Shown here: positions 7,779-11,744 of the stretch, in pieces
Position numbering within the stretch: position 1 is the stretch's first letter
How the letters are laid out: each line of letters begins with the position of its first letter
From: a bacterium
Lineage (GTDB): Bacteria; Fidelibacterota; Marinisomatia; Marinisomatales; UBA1611
Reading direction: 5' to 3'
Assembly: GCA_038127595.1 (NCBI GenBank)
Contig: JAYPIC010000006.1
Coordinates: forward strand, 27,107-38,850
Length of the DNA stretch: 11,744 bases
Made by a program: the position numbers and the translations under genes
Notes under the pieces: generated by a model
What the model was told of the DNA's origin: nothing
Seen by the model: the letters and a program-made list of their open reading frames with translations, nothing else
Database searches by the model: none

Positions 7779-8675
7779 TTATTTTTCAGCAAATAGGTTT
7801 TTAATTACATATCCAGCAATGTTTGGATTTTCTTTTAATCTTCTACGCGAATACTCATACCAGTCGGGTCCATATGGAACGTATACTCTCACCTTATAAC
7901 CAGATTTTAACAGCTTCTTTAGTTTTCCTTTCATTGGGACGCCATAGAGTACTTGAAATTCAAATTTACTTGGATCAGCATCCATTTCTTTTGTTAATGA
8001 AACTAAATCATCTATTAATTGCAAATCATGTGTTGCATAACAGGCGTAAGAATTTTTTGCTAACATTACCTTAGCCATTGCTAAAAAATTTTTGCTTATA
8101 TCCTCTGGATTTTGATATGCAATGTTTTTATCCTCTTTATATATTCCTTTGCATATCCGAGCATTAAATCCAGGTCCTGCAAGCTTTTCAATATCTGCTA
8201 TACTTCTTTTCAGATAGGCTTGTAACACTACTCCTACTTTTGGATAGCTTTTATATAGGTCTTTATATATCTCAAAAGTGCTGTCTGTATTTTTAGAACT
8301 TTCCATATCAATTCGCAAAAAATTGGAACTTTCTGATGCTTTGTTTATAAGTTTTTTAAAATTCACAAGTGCTAAGTCCATCGATATATCTAACCCTATG
8401 TGAGTAGGCTTAACCGATATATTGCTGTCAACAGAATTCTTAGCAATGTCATCATATAATTGAATGTACTCTTTTGTAACGGAAAATGTTTTTTCTTGAG
8501 AATTTATATGTTCTCCAAGGATGTCAATTGTAGCTGAAAATCCTTGGGTGTTTAAATTTTTAACAATGTTGATAACCTCTTTTGGTTCATGTCCTGCAAT
8601 ATACGATTTGGAAAATAATTTAATGAACCACCTAGGCATAATAGATACTGATGAAGCAAGTATATTATTTATCAT
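7779..8675 (-). CDS. Monofunctional proline dehydrogenase (PRODH, Thermus/Bacillus type)
   Basis: 298 aa. Motifs YIAG, DILGE, ISVKPTHIGL, LRIDMESS, GVVLQAYLKRS, RICKGIYKE, YATHD, FEFQVLYGV and VRVYVPYGPDWYEYSRRRLKENP. No fused P5C dehydrogenase domain, so it is not full-length PutA. Confidence 0.95.
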   Translation of the reverse strand: MINNILASSVSIMPRWFIKLFSKSYIAGHEPKEVINIVKNLNTQGFSATIDILGEHINSQEKTFSVTKEYIQLYDDIAKNSVDSNISVKPTHIGLDISMDLALVNFKKLINKASESSNFLRIDMESSKNTDSTFEIYKDLYKSYPKVGVVLQAYLKRSIADIEKLAGPGFNARICKGIYKEDKNIAYQNPEDISKNFLAMAKVMLAKNSYACYATHDLQLIDDLVSLTKEMDADPSKFEFQVLYGVPMKGKLKKLLKSGYKVRVYVPYGPDWYEYSRRRLKENPNIAGYVIKNLFAEK

Positions 8676-8704
8676 TTATTTTCCAACTATTATTATTGTT
8701 TTCA

Positions 8705-8733
8705 AATTTAATCTTTCCTTGAGTTACCGTTAA
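8705..8733 (-). promoter_or_regulatory. Candidate sigma70-type promoter for proline dehydrogenase
   Basis: On the minus strand: TTAACG (8733-8728), 17-nt spacer, TAAATT (8710-8705), about 30 nt upstream of the ATG at 8675. Each box matches consensus at 4 of 6 positions. Confidence 0.3.
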
Positions 8734-8742
8734 TTATTTTTT

Positions 8743-8767
8743 TCTAAACATTATTAATAAGTTTAGA
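8743..8767. promoter_or_regulatory. 25-bp near-perfect palindrome; candidate operator
   Basis: TCTAAAC-A-TTATT|AATAA-GTTTAGA: 12+12 complementary bases with one extra A at 8750. It lies in the divergent intergenic region directly abutting the candidate nuo -35 box. The dyad is directly visible; its function is inferred. Confidence 0.5.
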
Positions 8768-8797
8768 TTGACTAACGAAAACACAATCGTCTAAATT
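8768..8797 (+). promoter_or_regulatory. Candidate sigma70-type promoter for the nuo operon
   Basis: TTGACT (8768-8773, 5 of 6 consensus), 18-nt spacer, TAAATT (8792-8797), ending 26 nt before the nuoA ATG. The divergent arrangement requires a promoter in or near this gap. Confidence 0.5.
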
Positions 8798-8823
8798 ATG
8801 ACTCTTTAATTTAAAGAAAATTT

Positions 8824-9240
8824 ATGTATAGAGATTTTGGAACCGTTTTTTTTGCAGTGGTCATGGGAATTGTCATGGTTTCTATCCCGCTTATAATTAG
8901 TTGGTTAATTGCACCTTCTAATAAAACAAAAGATAAACTAGATACTTATGAGTGTGGTGAAGAGGCAGAAGGATCTGCTTGGTTGCAATTTAATATTAGA
9001 TTTTACATAATCGCTTTGATATTTCTTATTTTTGATGTTGAAGTAGTATTCCTTTTTCCGTGGGCAGTAGTGTTTAAAGAAATGGGCTTATTAGCTTTGA
9101 TTGAAATGGGAATCTTTCTTCTCATTCTCTGCGCAGGTTTGGCCTATGTTTGGGTTAAATCTGATTTAGAATGGGTTAGAAGGAGAATTAAATATGGTGG
9201 CGGAAGATACAAACCTCTTTCTGCATCATCGGAGGATTAA
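8824..9240 (+). CDS. nuoA: NADH-quinone oxidoreductase subunit A
   Basis: Three hydrophobic segments; KLDTYECG loop, FNIRFYIIALIFLIFDVEVVFLFPWA, GLAYVW..DLEW. Confidence 0.97.
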   Translation: MYRDFGTVFFAVVMGIVMVSIPLIISWLIAPSNKTKDKLDTYECGEEAEGSAWLQFNIRFYIIALIFLIFDVEVVFLFPWAVVFKEMGLLALIEMGIFLLILCAGLAYVWVKSDLEWVRRRIKYGGGRYKPLSASSED

Positions 9241-9732
9241 ATGGGGTTTTTAGAAAATAGATTTGATGACAACGTAGTTGTCGAAAAGTTAGATAAATTG
9301 TTAAGTTGGGCAAGGTCTACCTCTCCATGGTTTTTTCAGTTCGGAACTGCATGTTGCGCTATTGAAATGATGGCTGCAGCAGCAAGCAGACATGACCTAA
9401 TGAGAATAGGTATTATACCTCGATCCTCTCCAAGACAAGCAGATGTAATGATTGTTGCAGGTACGGTTACTATGAAAATGGCTTTGCGAGTCAAAAAATT
9501 ATATGAGCAAATGGCTGATCCTAAGTATGTTGTTGCAATGGGATCATGTGCGACAAGTGGCGGGCCTTATTGGCAGCATGGATATCACGTCCTAAAAGGT
9601 GTCGATCTTGTCATACCTGTAGATGTATACGTGCCAGGCTGTCCTCCGCGCCCAGAAGCGCTGATCGAAGGCTTGCTTAAGCTCCAGGAACAAATATTAG
9701 AGGGAAGACCTCTGACGAGGAAAACAGGTTGA
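9241..9732 (+). CDS. nuoB: NADH-quinone oxidoreductase subunit B (N2 [4Fe-4S] cluster)
   Basis: [10 protein letters not shown] (tandem Cys), [23 protein letters not shown] and [24 protein letters not shown] at 9231-9236. Confidence 0.98.
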   Translation: MGFLENRFDDNVVVEKLDKLLSWARSTSPWFFQFGTACCAIEMMAAAASRHDLMRIGIIPRSSPRQADVMIVAGTVTMKMALRVKKLYEQMADPKYVVAMGSCATSGGPYWQHGYHVLKGVDLVIPVDVYVPGCPPRPEALIEGLLKLQEQILEGRPLTRKTG

Positions 9733-10424
9733 GCGAAGACCTTCAAGCACTAATTGATGAAGCTGTAAAAAAAGCTCTGGCTGGAGACGATGATGTGATT
9801 AATGGCATCGAAGATCGTGTAACTAGGTCCAAAGCAAAAGCTGCGCTCGTCAAAGCCAAAAGAGAACAGTCAAAAGCAGTTGATGAGAATTCTGATTCTG
9901 AGTCCAGTGAAGAACAGTCTACAACTGATAATAGTGAAAATATTATCTTAAAAATTGCAAAAAAATTAGAGGATAAGTTCTCTGGCTGCATAGATGGTGA
10001 GGTACACTCCGATTTCATACAGCTTAAACCAGAAAACTGGTTTGAAATTGCAAAGTTTTTAAAAGAAAACCCTGATACATATTTTGATTCATTACAATGC
10101 AACACTGGCTTTGATCTGGGTGATGGTATTCTTGAGTCTAGGTACAACATCCACTCAATGAAGCATTTACACTCCATTGAAATTAGAATAAAAGTAAATA
10201 TTGATAATCCTGATATTCCATCAGTTGAAAGTATATGGAGGGTCGCTGACTGGTTTGAAAGAGAAACATATGATATGTTTGGAATCAACTTTACTGGTCA
10301 TAGAGATTTGAGGCGCATTCTGCTTCCAGAAGATTGGGATGGCTGGCCTCTCAGAAAAGATTATGAAGAACAGGAAACTTATCATGGCATCGTTGTGCCG
10401 AAAGTGAAAGAAGGATGGGAGTAG
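9729..10424 (+). CDS. nuoC: NADH-quinone oxidoreductase subunit C, with an N-terminal extension of about 70 aa
   Basis: [50 protein letters not shown]. The TTG start overlaps the nuoB stop (TTGA), with SD-like GAGGA at 9717-9721. Confidence 0.95.
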   Translation: MSEDLQALIDEAVKKALAGDDDVINGIEDRVTRSKAKAALVKAKREQSKAVDENSDSESSEEQSTTDNSENIILKIAKKLEDKFSGCIDGEVHSDFIQLKPENWFEIAKFLKENPDTYFDSLQCNTGFDLGDGILESRYNIHSMKHLHSIEIRIKVNIDNPDIPSVESIWRVADWFERETYDMFGINFTGHRDLRRILLPEDWDGWPLRKDYEEQETYHGIVVPKVKEGWE

Positions 10425-11536
10425 TACACGGTCAAGAGATGGTCCTGAATATTGGACCGCAGCACCCAGCAACGCATGGCGTTCTGAGACTTCAAGTTAA
10501 AACTGATGGAGAAGTTATATCTGAAATAACCCCTTATTTAGGTTATTTACATCGTTGCTTTGAAAAACATTGTGAAAACGTTTCCTATGAGCAGGTGATA
10601 CCATTTACTGATCGTTGTGACTATTTAGCATCGATGACGATGAATTTTGGATATGTTGTTGCCATGGAACAGTTAATGGATATCAAGGTCAATGATCGTG
10701 TAGAATACATTCGAGTTATTATGGCTGAATTACAGCGTATTGCTAGTCACCTTCTTGCAATAGGTGTGTTTGGATTGGACCTTGGTGCTTTTACTCCATT
10801 TTTGCATATGTTGAGGGATCGCGAAAGAATTATTGATCTTTTCGAAATGACTTGCGGTGCAAGATTATTGTACAATTATATGTGGGTAGGCGGATTAAGT
10901 CATGATTTACCGAAAGGTTTTGTGGAGGCAACTTTAAACTTTTTAGATTATTTTGAGCCTAAAGTTGATGAATTTGAGAACTTACTTGGGCATAACAAAA
11001 TTTTTGTTGAGCGTACTGCTGACATTGGCATCATGCCTGCGGAAGTTGCTATTAACTATGGAGTTACAGGTCCCAATCTACGCGCTTCTGGTGTAAATTG
11101 GGATTTGAGGAAAGACAACCCTTATTCTGTTTATAGTAAGTTAGATTTTAATGTTCCTATCGGCAAAGGTATTAAAGGTACAGTGGGTGATTCATGGGAT
11201 AGATTCTATGTTAGGCTCCAAGAAATAAGAGAAAGTGTGAAAATTGTCCGACAGGCTATTGACCAATTACCTAAAGATGGTGATGTGCATCAAAGCATGC
11301 CAAAAAAGATTAGACCTCCTAAAGGATCGATTTACAGCAGAACAGAATCTCCTAGAGGAGACTTAGGATACTATATTGAAAGTGATGGATCTGACACTCC
11401 TTACAGGCTTAAAATGCGCTCCCCAGCATTTACTGCTCTTGGTGTGCTAAATGAGATTGCAGGAGGATGGTTAATGTCTGATGTTCTAGCCATTCTTGGT
11501 AGTTTAGATATTGTCCTCGGTGAGATAGATCGATGA
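10415..11536 (+). CDS. nuoD: NADH-quinone oxidoreductase subunit D
   Basis: LNIGPQHPATHGVLRL, GYLHR..EK, DRCDY (quinone-site Tyr), ELQRIASHL, GPNLRASGV.WDLRK, ESPRG, and C-terminal LDIVLGEIDR. No Ni-binding CxxC pairs. Confidence 0.97.
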   Translation: MGVVHGQEMVLNIGPQHPATHGVLRLQVKTDGEVISEITPYLGYLHRCFEKHCENVSYEQVIPFTDRCDYLASMTMNFGYVVAMEQLMDIKVNDRVEYIRVIMAELQRIASHLLAIGVFGLDLGAFTPFLHMLRDRERIIDLFEMTCGARLLYNYMWVGGLSHDLPKGFVEATLNFLDYFEPKVDEFENLLGHNKIFVERTADIGIMPAEVAINYGVTGPNLRASGVNWDLRKDNPYSVYSKLDFNVPIGKGIKGTVGDSWDRFYVRLQEIRESVKIVRQAIDQLPKDGDVHQSMPKKIRPPKGSIYSRTESPRGDLGYYIESDGSDTPYRLKMRSPAFTALGVLNEIAGGWLMSDVLAILGSLDIVLGEIDR

Positions 11537-11744
11537 CAGTTGATTTTATTTTTGAGTTTCTTTCTGGCCTTTTAGACGGTTTCCTTAGTTCTAATTCATT
11601 GCTTATTATTTCCATGTTAGTTCCATGTCTCGCTATCTTTGGATTTATTACTGTTTATGCGTTAGTTGTTATTTATGCAGAATTAAAAGTTTCATCATTT
11701 ATACAAGATAAAGTTGGCCCAATGGGGCAAGGAGTTGGTCTTCA
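11533..11744 (+). CDS. nuoH: NADH-quinone oxidoreductase subunit H, N-terminal 70 aa; 3'-truncated by the window edge
   Basis: Absent from the ORF track. The ATG overlaps the nuoD stop (ATGA) and the frame is open to the window end: MTVDFIFEFLSGLLDGFLSSNSLLIISMLVPCLAIFGFITVYALVVIYAELKVSSFIQDKVGPMGQGVGL. A TM helix followed by YAELKVSSFIQDKVGP has the exact spacing of the NuoH/ND1 ERK-x5-Q-x-R-x-GP motif. Confidence 0.88.
   Translation, partial: MTVDFIFEFLSGLLDGFLSSNSLLIISMLVPCLAIFGFITVYALVVIYAELKVSSFIQDKVGPMGQGVGL

Noticed and set aside
7823..8074. 83-aa plus-strand ORF
   Set aside because: Antisense to the conserved PRODH C-terminus; no independent support.
8521..8733. 70-aa plus-strand ORF
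   Set aside because: Antisense to the PRODH 5' end and its promoter region; no motif.
9743..10472. 181-aa and 83-aa minus-strand ORFs
   Set aside because: Antisense shadows of nuoC/nuoD; no recognisable family features.
10415..11536. Group 4 [NiFe]-hydrogenase large subunit as an alternative to NuoD, given its extra cysteines
   Set aside because: Lacks both the N-terminal RxCxxC and C-terminal DPCxxC nickel ligands. It keeps the complex I His/Tyr quinone residues and the GEIDR terminus, and NuoB has the tandem CC typical of complex I.
11430..11615. 61-aa minus-strand ORF
   Set aside because: Antisense across the nuoD/nuoH junction; the plus-strand genes explain the sequence.
1..11744. CRISPR arrays, tRNA/rRNA genes, riboswitches, IS or prophage elements, defence systems
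   Set aside because: The largest intergenic gaps are 117 and 148 nt and very AT-rich. I saw no repeat-spacer pattern, cloverleaf or transposase/integrase motif. An Infernal/Rfam scan would be the decisive check for small RNAs.

Overview
AT-rich, gene-dense bacterial core-genome segment from a diderm. The protein types, compactness and 11-subunit-style nuo order suggest an FCB-group lineage such as Marinimicrobia; this is inference only. On the + strand: the 3' part of a WcaJ/WbaP-type priming phosphoglycosyltransferase, serS, plsC, a stand-alone rfaE2-type adenylyltransferase, an MltD-type LysM lytic transglycosylase, an HU/IHF protein, a 31-aa basic bS22 (mS38/COX24-like) ribosomal protein missed by the ORF track, xseA, xseB and nadK. 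Next is a minus-strand monofunctional proline dehydrogenase, divergent from a complex I operon nuoA-B-C-D-H that runs off the window and has no nuoEFG between D and H. I saw no mobile element, CRISPR array or RNA gene. The most interesting signals are in the respiratory locus: the locally missing N-module, a charged N-terminal NuoC extension with a KAKAALxKxKRE motif, non-canonical residues in the NuoH ERK/QxRxGP motif, and a 25-bp near-perfect palindrome between two divergent promoter candidates. Also notable are the unannotated bS22 gene and a hairpin that holds its stop codon in the loop. Nothing here establishes a wholly new system; these are leads.
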